Origin: Polyangiales bacterium
Lineage (GTDB): Bacteria; Myxococcota_A; Polyangia; Polyangiales; Ga0077539
Assembly: GCA_044229975.1 (NCBI GenBank)
Contig: JBGARZ010000004.1
Span: 320,001 to 384,000 of the forward strand
Length of the DNA: 64,000 nucleotides
Direction of reading: 5' to 3'
The translations under genes and the position numbers were made by a program. Positions 28,507-38,125 of the stretch are shown here, one piece after another (within the stretch, counting starts at the first letter, position 1; each line of letters starts with the position of its first letter). The notes beneath the pieces were generated by a model. That model worked only from the letters and a program-made list of their open reading frames with translations. It was not told where the DNA came from and made no database searches.

Positions 28507-29508
28507 TCAGGCGCCGGAGGAGCCGTCGCCGCCGAAGGAGCTCGTCCCGCGCGGGCCGGTGCTCGCCGGAGCGCCCGTCGCCGGGGCCGCGCTCGGGCCA
28601 CGACCGCCGCCGCCAGGGCCGCCCGGACCACGACCACCAGGGCCGCCCGGACCACGACCGCCGGGGCCGCCGGGGCCACGACCGCCGCCGGGGCCGCCCG
28701 GACCACGCTCACGACCGCGCTCGCGGTCGCGCTCACGCGGGGACATGTCGACCTCGCGGTTGCCGCGGTGCTCGCCACCGGGGACGTCGCGGCGCTTCTG
28801 CACCCCTTCGATGCACGCGTCGGCGATGCGCGCCGTCACGAGCTTGATGGAGCGGATCGCGTCGTCGTTGCCCGGGATGGGATAGTTGATCTGGTCGGGG
28901 TCGCAGTTGGTGTCCGTGATGGCCACCAGCGGGATGCCGAGCTTCTTGGCTTCCTTCACCGCGATGTCCTCGAGCGCCGGGTCGATCAGGAACACGGCCG
29001 CCGGGAGGCTGTTCATGTTCTTGATGCCGCCGATGTACTCCTCGAGGCGGATGCGCTCCTTCTCGAGCTGGAGCGTCTCCTTCTTGGGGAGGTTCTCGTA
29101 GGTGCCGTCCTCCTTCATCTTCTCGATGTCGCGGAGGCGGGCGATGCCCGTGCGGATCGTGCGGAAGTTGGTGAGCGTCCCGCCGAGCCAGCGGTTGGTG
29201 ACGAAGTGCATGCCCGCGCGGGCCGACTCCTCCTGGACGATCTCCTGCGCCTGGCGCTTGGTGCCGACGAACAGCACGTGGCCGCCCTTGCCGACGACGT
29301 CGCTGATGAAGTTGTAGGCGCGCGTGAAGAGGCGCGTGGTCTGGTCGAGGTCGATGATGTGGATGCCGTTGCGGGCGCCGTAGATGTACTGGCGCATCTT
29401 CGGGTTCCAGCGCTTGGTCTGGTGGCCGAAGTGCACGCCAGCGTCGAGCAGCGCGCGAACGGGGAGGGGGGCTTCGCCCGGGGTGGGCTGGTTCGCTTCC
29501 ATCGTCAT
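28507..29508 (-). CDS. rpsB: 30S ribosomal protein S2 with Gly/Pro/Arg-rich C-terminal tail
   Basis: [44 protein letters not shown]. Confidence 0.98.
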   Translation of the reverse strand: MTMEANQPTPGEAPLPVRALLDAGVHFGHQTKRWNPKMRQYIYGARNGIHIIDLDQTTRLFTRAYNFISDVVGKGGHVLFVGTKRQAQEIVQEESARAGMHFVTNRWLGGTLTNFRTIRTGIARLRDIEKMKEDGTYENLPKKETLQLEKERIRLEEYIGGIKNMNSLPAAVFLIDPALEDIAVKEAKKLGIPLVAITDTNCDPDQINYPIPGNDDAIRSIKLVTARIADACIEGVQKRRDVPGGEHRGNREVDMSPRERDRERGRERGPGGPGGGRGPGGPGGRGPGGPGGRGPGGPGGGGRGPSAAPATGAPASTGPRGTSSFGGDGSSGA

Positions 29509-29530
29509 GGTGAGACTCCTCAAGGCGTCT

Positions 29531-29647
29531 GGGTTGAACCTCCCTGGTCCGACCGGCGCGTGAGACCCGGAAAGCTCCGGGCACCCTCTCCCGCGCCGCC
29601 GTGAAACGCCCCTGTAGAGGGGCGATCCGCGTTGTCGGCAGGTGTGG
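29531..29647 (-). promoter_or_regulatory. rpsB 5' leader (S2 autogenous regulatory RNA)
   Basis: CACAC...GGGTGC hairpin...GGAGGTTCAACCC layout resembles the enterobacterial rpsB leader. Confidence 0.65.
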
Positions 29648-29684
29648 ATTCTCGCGGCCCGGGCAACATCGCCCGCTTCGCGAG

Positions 29685-29720
29685 GGCGCGCTTGATACCA
29701 CCGGGCCCAGCGGCGTTCAA
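29685..29720 (-). promoter_or_regulatory. rpsB promoter
   Basis: TTGAAC-N17-TATCAA with extended TGG and GCGCGCC discriminator. Confidence 0.7.
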
Positions 29721-29732
29721 GGAGGGGCGGGT

Positions 29733-29903
29733 GGGGACGGTTTCAGCTTTTCAACTTCAGCGGGGGAGCGGGGACAGCGGGGACCGGGGACGGTTTCAGC
29801 TTTTCAACTTGTTCAGGTCGGCGGACCCGACAACTTGAAAAGCTGAAACCGTCCCCACCCACCAGTGCCAACCTGAACAAGTTGAAAAGCTGAAACCGTC
29901 CCC
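29733..29903. repeat. Four-unit REP-like cluster (2 direct + 2 inverted)
   Basis: GGGGACGGTTTCAGCTTTTCAA at 29733 and 29786; reverse complements ending at 29856 and 29903. Confidence 0.9.
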
Positions 29904-30024
29904 GCCCTTGGTCCCACCCCCACCCCCGGCTCTCGACCCCCCGCTCGGGGTTGGTCTGCCGTGTGCAACCGGTCCCTCCCACGCCATCAACATCGACCTG
30001 ATCGCAGAAGGGACCCGCGACACC

Positions 30025-30876
30025 ATGACCCACGACACCGACCCGGCACTCGAGCGCTACATCGCCTGCGTGAAAGAACTCCCCACGCTGTCCCGCGAGG
30101 CGGAGCACGATCTCGCCGTGAAGGTTCGCGACCACGACGACGCGGCCGCCGCCGAGGCCCTCGTCACCGCCAATCTCCGCTACGTGGTCGCCATCGCGGT
30201 CTCCTACCGCCGCTACGACGTCCGCCTCGCCGACCTCATCGCCGAGGGCAGCGTCGGCCTCCTTACAGCCGTGAAGAAGTTCGACCCCGAGAAGGGAACC
30301 CGCTTCGTCACCTACGCCGCCTTCTGGATCAGGGCGTTCATCCTCAACGCCGTCATTCGCGCCTGGTCGCTCGTCGGGTCGGGCAGCGGCCCGCTGCGCT
30401 CGAAGATGTTCTTCCGGCTGCGCCGCGAGCGCGCCCGCATGGCCTCGCTCAGCGTCGGCGAAGAGGAGATGCTCACCACCCTCGCCACGCAGCTCAACAC
30501 CACCCGCGACCGCGTCGCCGAGATGCTCCAACGCCTCGATGTCCGCGACATCTCGCTCGACGCCCCGCTCCACGAGGACGGCAAGACCACCGGCCTGGAG
30601 CAGCTCGAAGACACCAGCGCGCCGCAGGACGAAGTCTACGAAGCCCGCGTTCGCGCGGGCCTGGTCGACGGCCGCGTTCGCGCCGCCGTGAGCACCCTCG
30701 ACGCCCGCGAGCGCTTCATCGTCGAGCAGCGGATGATGGCCGACGAAGAGCTTTCCCTCGCCGAGCTCGGCCGCCGCCTCGGCGTCTCCCGCGAGCGCAC
30801 CCGCCAGCTCGAAGCCCGCGCGCGCAAGAAGCTCCAGCGCTCGCTGTCCGACCTCCAGTTCGCGCTCGCGAGCTGA
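30025..30876 (+). CDS. RpoH/sigma-32-like RNA polymerase sigma factor
   Basis: ANLRYVV, DLIAEG, KFDPEKGTRFVTYAAFWIR, RpoH-box-like RSKMFFRLR, LGVSRERTRQLE. Confidence 0.9.
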   Translation: MTHDTDPALERYIACVKELPTLSREAEHDLAVKVRDHDDAAAAEALVTANLRYVVAIAVSYRRYDVRLADLIAEGSVGLLTAVKKFDPEKGTRFVTYAAFWIRAFILNAVIRAWSLVGSGSGPLRSKMFFRLRRERARMASLSVGEEEMLTTLATQLNTTRDRVAEMLQRLDVRDISLDAPLHEDGKTTGLEQLEDTSAPQDEVYEARVRAGLVDGRVRAAVSTLDARERFIVEQRMMADEELSLAELGRRLGVSRERTRQLEARARKKLQRSLSDLQFALAS

Positions 30877-30887
30877 GCCTTTCCCCT

Positions 30888-31442
30888 CTATTCCTCCGGC
30901 ACCAGCACCTCTCGCGTGATCGTCCCCTCGACGGTCTTGTCCCCGACGGTCACGTAGAGTGCGCCGTCGGTGCGGAGCAGCGAGAGCTTCGCGTTGCGGT
31001 CGACCTTCCCCTCCAATTCATCGAGAAAACCAGTCTCCAAGCGCCACAGGGCGATGTCCGCCGCGCGGTGGATGGGCCGCGAGGCCGCCTCCTTGCGCAG
31101 CAACCCCAGGTCGACGTGGGAGTAGAGCGCCACCCGCGGCGCCGCCTTCGACGCCTTGTGCAGGCGCTCGGCGGAGGGGGCGCCGATGTCGATCCACGCC
31201 TTGAGCAGACCCGTCAGGTCGCGGATCGCGATGGGCGGCTCCAGCTCCTCCGACGAGATGCCCGCCTTGCTGAACGCGATGCCCTCCTCGTACTCCAGGC
31301 AGTACGCGAGGGTGCGGGTGAGCATGTAGCGCATCGACTCCGACGGATGCCGCGCGACCCTGAAATCAAGGGTTTCGTAGACGCTCCGGTCGACGTCCGA
31401 GAGCTCGACCAGGAAGTGGAACATCGTCGCCGTGAGCGCCAT
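30888..31442 (-). CDS. yaeQ: YaeQ family protein
   Basis: MALTAT, LSDVDR, ARHPSES, WIDIGAP, RLHKA. Confidence 0.93.
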   Translation of the reverse strand: MALTATMFHFLVELSDVDRSVYETLDFRVARHPSESMRYMLTRTLAYCLEYEEGIAFSKAGISSEELEPPIAIRDLTGLLKAWIDIGAPSAERLHKASKAAPRVALYSHVDLGLLRKEAASRPIHRAADIALWRLETGFLDELEGKVDRNAKLSLLRTDGALYVTVGDKTVEGTITREVLVPEE

Positions 31443-31476
31443 GGGGAGCCTTGTAGGGGGGGAGAGCCCTTGCGGT

Positions 31477-34446
31477 CTATCGCCGGGGCAGCATGAGTAG
31501 GTGGTCGACGCGAACCCGGGCGGCGGGAGTGTCGCTCACGATCGCCACAGGGTGTGCGCCAGCGCTCAGGGGCCCGACGGCGAGACGCACCTCCTCCCAC
31601 CCGGGTGAGAGTCGGAAGCGGGCGACCTCGCGGTCGTCGATCCGCAGGGCTGCGTCGACGGCGTCACCGGGGTCGTCGCGACGGGCTCGCAGCACGACGA
31701 GCGCATCGCCAGACCAGCTCGGATTGACCGTGAAAAGAGGGGCGTTGCTCACGCAGCTACGGGCGCGCAGGAGGCGCCAGCCGAGGGTGTCTTCGTGGGT
31801 CTCGCAGCGGTCCCAACCGGAGCCGGGGGTGCGGGCGTCCCAGCCGGGGAGGGTGGTTCCGATGGCGTTCAGTGCCCCGAGGGCCTCGGCGGCGTAGCGC
31901 TCGGTGCGGGCGAGGGTGATGTGATCGACGATCCAGGGGACGGCGCGTCGGTCGCCGAGCATTCCGAGGGCGGCGACGGCGTTGGCGCGCACGTCGTCGG
32001 TGGGATCGGTGGTCAATACCTGGTGCAGTAAGTCGAGGGCGCGCGGGTCGCGGGTGGCGCCGAGGGCGAGCACGACCCGGTAGCGGACGTGATCGTCGGG
32101 CAATCGGGCGACGAGGGCCTCGAAGGCGCCAGGGTCGCGGACCGAACCGAGAGCCCGGGCGGCGTCGAGGGTGGTGGCCTCGTCGGCGCTCCAGAGGGCT
32201 TCGGTGAGGGCCTCGGTGGCGCGGTGGTCGCCGAGCGCGAGCGCGGCGCGCCATCGCCTCTCGGGCGGATCGCTGGTGAGCAGGTCGGCGAGGAGCGAGC
32301 GGGCGCGTGCGTCGCCGGCGCGGCCGAGGGCGATGGCGGCTTCGGCGCGGACGTCGGCGGAGGGGTCGGCGAGCAGCGGCGTGAGGCGGGCGGTGAGGGC
32401 GTCGTCGGCGAAGCGCGCGAGCAGGGTGACGGCCTCGGCGCGGGCATCGGCGGGGCGAGCGCGGTCGACGGCGAGAGCGACGAGGTCGGGCGCGGCCGAG
32501 CGGTCGCCGAGACGACCACGGGCGAGGGCGGCGCCGCCACCGGACTCAGCCGCGAGGGTGGCGAGCCAGCCATCGAGCGCGGCGCGGAGGGCGGTGCGCT
32601 CGGTGGGGAGAGACTCGACGAGGTTGCGGCGCTCGGCGGGGTCGCGGGCGAGGTCGAAGAGTTCTTCGGTGCCGTAGGTGAGGTCGACGATGAGCTTGAA
32701 GGGCCAGCGAACGGCCGCGGCGCGGGTGTTCACCGCGGAGAAGACGGTGCGTGGTTGGGACGGCGGCGTGGGGAGGAGCCAGGGGCGGAGGTCGGTTCCG
32801 CGCATGGAGGCGGGAGGGCGGTGGCCCGTCATGGAGAGCAGCGTGGGGGCGACGTCGACGAGCTGGGCGGGGGCGTCGACGACGCGCGCGGTCATGCCGG
32901 GCGCGGCGATGAGGAGCGGGACGCGGACCTGTTCATCGTAGACGGTAGAGCCGTGGTAGACGCCGCCGTGCTCGCCAAACTCCTCGCCGTGGTCGGCGGT
33001 GACGGCGACGATGAGCGGGCGATGGAGCACCGCGCGGGCGTGGTCGAGCACCGTCGCGATGGCCGCGTCGACGTGGCGGACGCCGTCGTCGTACTGCGCC
33101 TCGGGCGTCGCGCCGGACCCTTGGTAGGGCGCGTGGGCGTCGAAGAAATGCACCCACGCGAACACGGGCGGTTCGCCGCGGCGCACGACGTCGTCGAGCT
33201 CGCGGTTGAGGGCCTCGGCCTGACCACGGGCGTCGCGGTCGACGTGGTCGGCCCGGGTGAAGCCGAGGTCGCGGTCGCGGTAGGCCGTGAGCCGCTCGCC
33301 CTCGGTGAAGAACACCCCGCGGGTGAACACCGCCGCCGTGGTGTAGCCCGCGCGACTGAGAGACTCGGCGAGGGTGTCGAGGGGCTGCGGCTGACCCAGC
33401 GGGACGGTCTCGTGCAGGTACTCGCCCGTGTGCAGCGACGAGAGCGAATAGCTGGAGTGGGGGGCCTGGGCGTAGGTGCGGGAGAAGAGGGTTCCGCGGG
33501 CGGCGAGGGCGTCGAGCGTCGGGGTGAGGGAGCGACCGGCGACGACGCGGCCGAGGCGGTCGGCGCGCATGGCGTCGACGGTGATGAGCAGGACGTGGGC
33601 GTCTTCCCAACGAGGGAGATGGGCGTCGTCGGAGGTAGAGGCAGTGCGGGCGGTGGGTGTGTAGGGACGCGCGGTCGGCGCAGGACGTAGTGCGGTGACG
33701 GCGAGCGCGGCGTGGCGGACGAAGGGCGCGTGGACGCCGAAGACCTCGGCGCGCACGTTGGGCCAGGCGTCGAGCCGGGTGAAGGACCACGGCGCGACGA
33801 CGAGCGCGAGCGCGCTCAGGATGACGGCGGGGCGTGACGGGTGTGGGCGCGCGAAGAGGGATGCGGCGACCGCGAAGGCGAGGAGGGTGAGCGCGCCGAG
33901 GGCGGCGTGGAGATACTCGTAGAGGCGCGGGAGCACGCGGTGGTCGACGGCGTGGAGGATGAGCGCGGCGACGACGAGGAGCGCGGCGGTGGGTACGCGA
34001 GCGCCGAGCGAGCGCGGGCGGAGCGCGGTCACGAAGCGGCGCAGGAGGGTGAGCGCGACGGCGGTGGCGGCGACGAGCGCGAGGGCCGTGAGGGGGCGGA
34101 CGATCCAGAGGGCGGGGAGGCGGCGCATGCGACCGCCAGTGAAGAGGAGCCACGCGACGAGCGAGAGCGCGGGGGCGGCGAGGAGGGCGTGGCGCGCGAG
34201 GGGGCGGGCGAGCGCGCGGGCGAGGAGGGCGTCGGCTGCGAGGAAGGCGGCGCCGACGAGGGCGCCGACCGCGGCGCCGAGCGGGAGGAGCACCGCGACG
34301 AGGCGGAGCTGGTCACGGCCGGGCGCGAGCCAGAGGATGGTGCTGGCGACGTCGGCGAGGGCCGAGAGGGCACCGGCGGTGGCGCCGAGGGTCAGGCCGC
34401 GAAGGGCGGCGGCGTTGGTTGAGGTGCGGATGGGATTTGAACCCAC
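31477..34446 (-). CDS. Membrane protein with sulfatase/alkaline-phosphatase-superfamily domain and HEAT repeats; start uncertain
   Basis: N-terminal TM helices; LITVDAMRAD, HFFDAH, TADHGE, VRVPL, VDVAPT; PBS-lyase HEAT repeats. Confidence 0.85.
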   Translation of the reverse strand: MGSNPIRTSTNAAALRGLTLGATAGALSALADVASTILWLAPGRDQLRLVAVLLPLGAAVGALVGAAFLAADALLARALARPLARHALLAAPALSLVAWLLFTGGRMRRLPALWIVRPLTALALVAATAVALTLLRRFVTALRPRSLGARVPTAALLVVAALILHAVDHRVLPRLYEYLHAALGALTLLAFAVAASLFARPHPSRPAVILSALALVVAPWSFTRLDAWPNVRAEVFGVHAPFVRHAALAVTALRPAPTARPYTPTARTASTSDDAHLPRWEDAHVLLITVDAMRADRLGRVVAGRSLTPTLDALAARGTLFSRTYAQAPHSSYSLSSLHTGEYLHETVPLGQPQPLDTLAESLSRAGYTTAAVFTRGVFFTEGERLTAYRDRDLGFTRADHVDRDARGQAEALNRELDDVVRRGEPPVFAWVHFFDAHAPYQGSGATPEAQYDDGVRHVDAAIATVLDHARAVLHRPLIVAVTADHGEEFGEHGGVYHGSTVYDEQVRVPLLIAAPGMTARVVDAPAQLVDVAPTLLSMTGHRPPASMRGTDLRPWLLPTPPSQPRTVFSAVNTRAAAVRWPFKLIVDLTYGTEELFDLARDPAERRNLVESLPTERTALRAALDGWLATLAAESGGGAALARGRLGDRSAAPDLVALAVDRARPADARAEAVTLLARFADDALTARLTPLLADPSADVRAEAAIALGRAGDARARSLLADLLTSDPPERRWRAALALGDHRATEALTEALWSADEATTLDAARALGSVRDPGAFEALVARLPDDHVRYRVVLALGATRDPRALDLLHQVLTTDPTDDVRANAVAALGMLGDRRAVPWIVDHITLARTERYAAEALGALNAIGTTLPGWDARTPGSGWDRCETHEDTLGWRLLRARSCVSNAPLFTVNPSWSGDALVVLRARRDDPGDAVDAALRIDDREVARFRLSPGWEEVRLAVGPLSAGAHPVAIVSDTPAARVRVDHLLMLPRR

Positions 34447-34493
34447 GTATCACGGTTTTGCAAACCGTTGCCTGGCCACTTGGCTACCGCACC
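34422..34493 (-). tRNA. tRNA-Cys(GCA)
   Basis: GGTGCGG TA GCC AAGTGGCCA GGC A ACGGT TT-GCA-AA ACCGT GATAC GTGGG TTCAAAT CCCAT CCGCACC T; U73; upstream TTGACA at 34547-34552. Confidence 0.95.
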
Positions 34494-34566
34494 ACCTCTC
34501 ACCGGAACGATGAGGGAGGCGGAGTTAGCACCAGGGCACCGGGCGCTGTCAACCGTTCGTGCGGGC

Positions 34567-35886
34567 TCAATCGCGGACGCGCAGGTCGAGCCAGCGGTCG
34601 CAGCGGGCGAGCCACTCGCGCGGGCCGCGGCGCGCATCGAGATGCTCCACGAGCTCGGCGGCCATGTGGACGCAGTGGTCCATGTTGCAGTGCAGGAAGA
34701 GACCCTGACGGCCGACGGGGTACACCTCGCCGAGGTCGATGGTGGTCGCGAGGGCGCCGCGCCAACGCTGCACCCAACCGCGCTCGTACAGCGGGTACAC
34801 CGAGGGGACGAAGGTCTGCCGCAGGGCAAGTGGTACGGCACGCGTACGAATGATCCCCGCGGCGCGGAGCTGCGCGACGAGCTCGTCGGCGCGGGCCACG
34901 AAGTCGACGTCGGCGCCCCAACGCCCTTCGGGAATCTCCACGCAGAGCACCTCGCGCCCATCGACCTGCAGCGCCGGGGAGAAGCGCTCGGGGCGCGACA
35001 CGCGGCCGAACCAGTAGCGCGCGTCGGGCACGTACCAGGTGTCGGCGTCGGAGAGTGATCCGCGGGGCAACGCGAGGTGCAGGAGGTACAGGCCGCGGTG
35101 GCGCAGGCCCGCCGCGGGCGCGAGCTCGGGCAGGCGACCGGTGAACACCACGGGGCGACCGACGCGCACGTCGTCGGAGCGGAAGGGGCGACCGAAGCGC
35201 GGCTCGACCCCGGCGCGACGAAGCTCCGCGACGAGGTGCTCGATGAGACCCGCCATGGCGCGCGTCGGGTAGAGGAAGGTCGCGCTCGTCGGCTTCGCCT
35301 GCGCGCGGAGCGAGTCCCATGGCGAGGCGACGGAGACACGCTGGCGGGCGATGGTGCGTGAGAGCTGCGCTGCGGGGGCACCCCACACCTTCTCCACGTA
35401 CGGTTGGTAGAAGCGCTCGAAGGCCGCGCTCCCCACCCGCGCGCGAACGAAGTCCGCGAAGCCCTCATCGCCTCCAGTGGCCTCGCCGCGGTCGGCCTCC
35501 CATCGTCGGAAGCGTCGGAGCTGCCCCGGTCGCAGCGCCCAGCCCGCGCCCATCGCCAGCGCCGCGCGTGGTCCTAGCGCGCGCAGAAACGCGCCGAGAC
35601 GCAGCGGGTACTCCACCGACCGATCGCCCAGCACCAGCACGCCGCGCCTCGGTCGTGGCGTCCAGTGCTCGGCAGCGGTGAGCTCGGTGAGCAGGGGATG
35701 GGCATCGGTGTGCACCCGGTGTGATCCTCGGTCGAAGCGGTGTCCCTCGAAGGGGACGCCTGCCAACAACCCTCCAGGCTCATCAGCGGCGTCGATGAGC
35801 TCGACCCGCCAGCCGCGGCGCGCAAGCAGGAGGGCGGCCGCGAGACCGGTGATGCCCGCGCCTACGACGAGGGCGTCAGCGGTCAC
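34567..35886 (-). CDS. FAD-dependent oxidoreductase (protoporphyrinogen oxidase / UDP-Galp mutase-like)
   Basis: VVGAGITGL, FDRGSH, PYVEKVWG, VGRQGLFLHCNMDH. Confidence 0.82.
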   Translation of the reverse strand: MTADALVVGAGITGLAAALLLARRGWRVELIDAADEPGGLLAGVPFEGHRFDRGSHRVHTDAHPLLTELTAAEHWTPRPRRGVLVLGDRSVEYPLRLGAFLRALGPRAALAMGAGWALRPGQLRRFRRWEADRGEATGGDEGFADFVRARVGSAAFERFYQPYVEKVWGAPAAQLSRTIARQRVSVASPWDSLRAQAKPTSATFLYPTRAMAGLIEHLVAELRRAGVEPRFGRPFRSDDVRVGRPVVFTGRLPELAPAAGLRHRGLYLLHLALPRGSLSDADTWYVPDARYWFGRVSRPERFSPALQVDGREVLCVEIPEGRWGADVDFVARADELVAQLRAAGIIRTRAVPLALRQTFVPSVYPLYERGWVQRWRGALATTIDLGEVYPVGRQGLFLHCNMDHCVHMAAELVEHLDARRGPREWLARCDRWLDLRVRD

Positions 35887-37093
35887 GGCGGAGGATCTCG
35901 TCGCGAAGGGTTCCGCGGTCGGCATCGAGCACGTCGGCGGGGCGCACGGCGCCGACCCCGAAGCGCGTGGCGATGGCGTCGAGGGCGCCGTTGAGCTTGC
36001 TCGCGCGGCGAGCGTCTGCATCGAAGAGGCCCGGTTGTTGGGTGGGCGCTTCGAGCAGCACCGCGCTCACGCCGCACAGGCGCATGGGTGTGAGGGCACC
36101 GTTGCGTTCTTCGCGGGCGAGGAGCTCGGCGACGGCCTCGTAGAGCTGCTGACCGTCGCTGGTGGGCGCGTCGAAGGTGGTGCGTCGGGTGCGCAGCTCG
36201 AAGTCGGCGGTCTTGAGCTTGAGCACGACACCGCGGGCGACACGGTCGGCCCGACGGAGGCGTCGCGCGACGCGCAAAGCCTGGGCGTGCAGGTGCGGGA
36301 GCAGGGCCTCGCGGGTGGAGAGGTCGTCGCCGAAGGTGTCCTCGGCGCCGACGCTCCTGGCGTCGCGGTCGGGTGTCACGCCGCGCGGGTCGATGCCGCG
36401 GGCGAGGTCGTGGAGGTGCGCGCCGAGCGAGCCGAGGAGGTGCTGGAGCGCGTCGCGGTCGTGGCGGGCGACGTCGTCGACGGTCTCGATGCCGACGTTG
36501 GCGAGGCGCTGGTGGGTGCGCGCTCCGACGCCCCACAGACGCGACACGGGGAGCGGCGCGAGGAAGGACACAACAGTGCCTGGAGGGACGACGCGCAGGC
36601 CATCAGGCTTGGCGAGGTCGGAGGCGATCTTGGCGACAAACTTCACCGGCGCGACGCCCGCCGACGCGGGGAGATGGAGCTCGTCGCGGATGCGTTGGCG
36701 GAGCGTTCGGGCGATGACCGCGGGCTCACCGAAGAGGGCGCGTGAACCGGTGACGTCGAGGAAGGCTTCGTCGAGGGAGAGCGGTTCGACGAGCGGCGTG
36801 ACCGACGAGAGGATGTCGTGGAGCTGCTCGCTGGCGGCGACGTAGGCCTCGAAGCGCGGGCGCACCACGACGACATCGCGGGGAGCGAGGCGCAGCGCGC
36901 GGGCCATGGGCATGGCGCTGCGGACGCCGAAGGGGCGCACCTCGTAGCTGGCCGCGAGCACGACGCCGCGCTGGTGGCCGCCGACGATGACGGGTCGACC
37001 GCGGAGGGACGGGTCGTCGCGCTGCTCGACGGACGCGTAGAAGGCGTCCATGTCGACGTGGACGATGGCGCGGTCGGCGGCCGCCGCGGTCAC
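35876..37093 (-). CDS. dinB: DNA polymerase IV
   Basis: HVDMDAFYASVE, ASYE, SLDEAFLD, AKIASDLAKPDG, LWGVG. Confidence 0.96.
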   Translation of the reverse strand: MTAAAADRAIVHVDMDAFYASVEQRDDPSLRGRPVIVGGHQRGVVLAASYEVRPFGVRSAMPMARALRLAPRDVVVVRPRFEAYVAASEQLHDILSSVTPLVEPLSLDEAFLDVTGSRALFGEPAVIARTLRQRIRDELHLPASAGVAPVKFVAKIASDLAKPDGLRVVPPGTVVSFLAPLPVSRLWGVGARTHQRLANVGIETVDDVARHDRDALQHLLGSLGAHLHDLARGIDPRGVTPDRDARSVGAEDTFGDDLSTREALLPHLHAQALRVARRLRRADRVARGVVLKLKTADFELRTRRTTFDAPTSDGQQLYEAVAELLAREERNGALTPMRLCGVSAVLLEAPTQQPGLFDADARRASKLNGALDAIATRFGVGAVRPADVLDADRGTLRDEILRRDR

Positions 37094-38085
37094 TCGTGCC
37101 CGGCAGCCTGCACCCGCGCGAGGAAGCCCGGGTCGGGCAGCGTCGCCGAGACCCGCGAGCGGACCCGCGCGAAGATGTCGTTCCAGCGCTCGCGCTGTGG
37201 CGCGGTGAGTACGACCGTCTGCATGCCGCGCGCTTCGAGCGCCCGCACCGCGTCGCCGTCGGCGCGCAGAAACGCCGGGCGGTAGATGGTCGTGGCCTGC
37301 GCGATGACCTCCGTGATGGTCGTTCGTTGGGCGGGCGTGAGCGACTGCGCGGCCGAGCGCGAGATCACCAGTCCCGCCATGGACCCGCTGGCGGGGCGCT
37401 CGCTCATGTAGCGGACGTGCTGCGACCACTGGAGCGCGATGGCCGCCGACGGCGGCGCGAACACCGTGTCGATGCGGTGGGTCTGCAACCCGCCGAGCAC
37501 CTCGGGCAGTGCGAGCGGAACGCCCGTGGCGCCCGTCTCGGCGTAGAGCGCAGGGAGGATGGGGTCGTCGGTCCAGCGCCAGGGGCGCGCGGCGCGGAGG
37601 TCTTCGGGCGTTCGGATTTCCCGCGTGGAGAACATCCGCGGACCCGTTGCGGGCGACAGGTTGAGGATGGAGAAGCCCGCGCGCTCGAAGCCCGCTTCGA
37701 GGTCGGGCCGCAGTGTCGTGAACGCCCGCATGAAGCCCTCCGGGGTACGGAACACCGCGGGTAGCTGAAACGCCAGCACCGGCCGGTACACCTGCGCGAG
37801 CCCGGTCGCCGTGAGCGCGCCGCCGTCGAGGCGCCCCGAGCGGATCTTGCGCACCACCTCGGACTCGTCGCCCTGCACGCCGCCCACGTACCAGCGAAAC
37901 GACAGCTGTCCGCCGGTGCGCCGTCGCAGCTCGCGGTTCATCGCGTCGAGGACGCGCATCGGCAGCGAGCCCGACGGCGCGAGCGTGGCCATGGAGAGCA
38001 CGCGCTGCGCGAGGGCCGTGGTCGGCAGCAGCACCAGCGTCGTGACGAGTGCGCCCGCGAGGGCCCGTCGGGCGGTAGGTCTCAT
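37090..38085 (-). CDS. dctP: TRAP transporter solute-binding protein
   Basis: Signal peptide; MATLAP, GGVQGDE, KIRSGRLDG, LQTHRID. Confidence 0.85.
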   Translation of the reverse strand: MRPTARRALAGALVTTLVLLPTTALAQRVLSMATLAPSGSLPMRVLDAMNRELRRRTGGQLSFRWYVGGVQGDESEVVRKIRSGRLDGGALTATGLAQVYRPVLAFQLPAVFRTPEGFMRAFTTLRPDLEAGFERAGFSILNLSPATGPRMFSTREIRTPEDLRAARPWRWTDDPILPALYAETGATGVPLALPEVLGGLQTHRIDTVFAPPSAAIALQWSQHVRYMSERPASGSMAGLVISRSAAQSLTPAQRTTITEVIAQATTIYRPAFLRADGDAVRALEARGMQTVVLTAPQRERWNDIFARVRSRVSATLPDPGFLARVQAAGHE

Positions 38086-38125
38086 GGTGCCGCGCAGCGT
38101 ACCAGCAGCGCCGCGAATGGGGGTC

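Noticed and set aside
29733..29903. Possible mini CRISPR array
   Set aside because: Units occur in both orientations with irregular spacing, and no cas genes are present.
34422..34493. tRNA-Cys as an island attachment site
   Set aside because: No duplicated tRNA 3' end or integrase found in the window.
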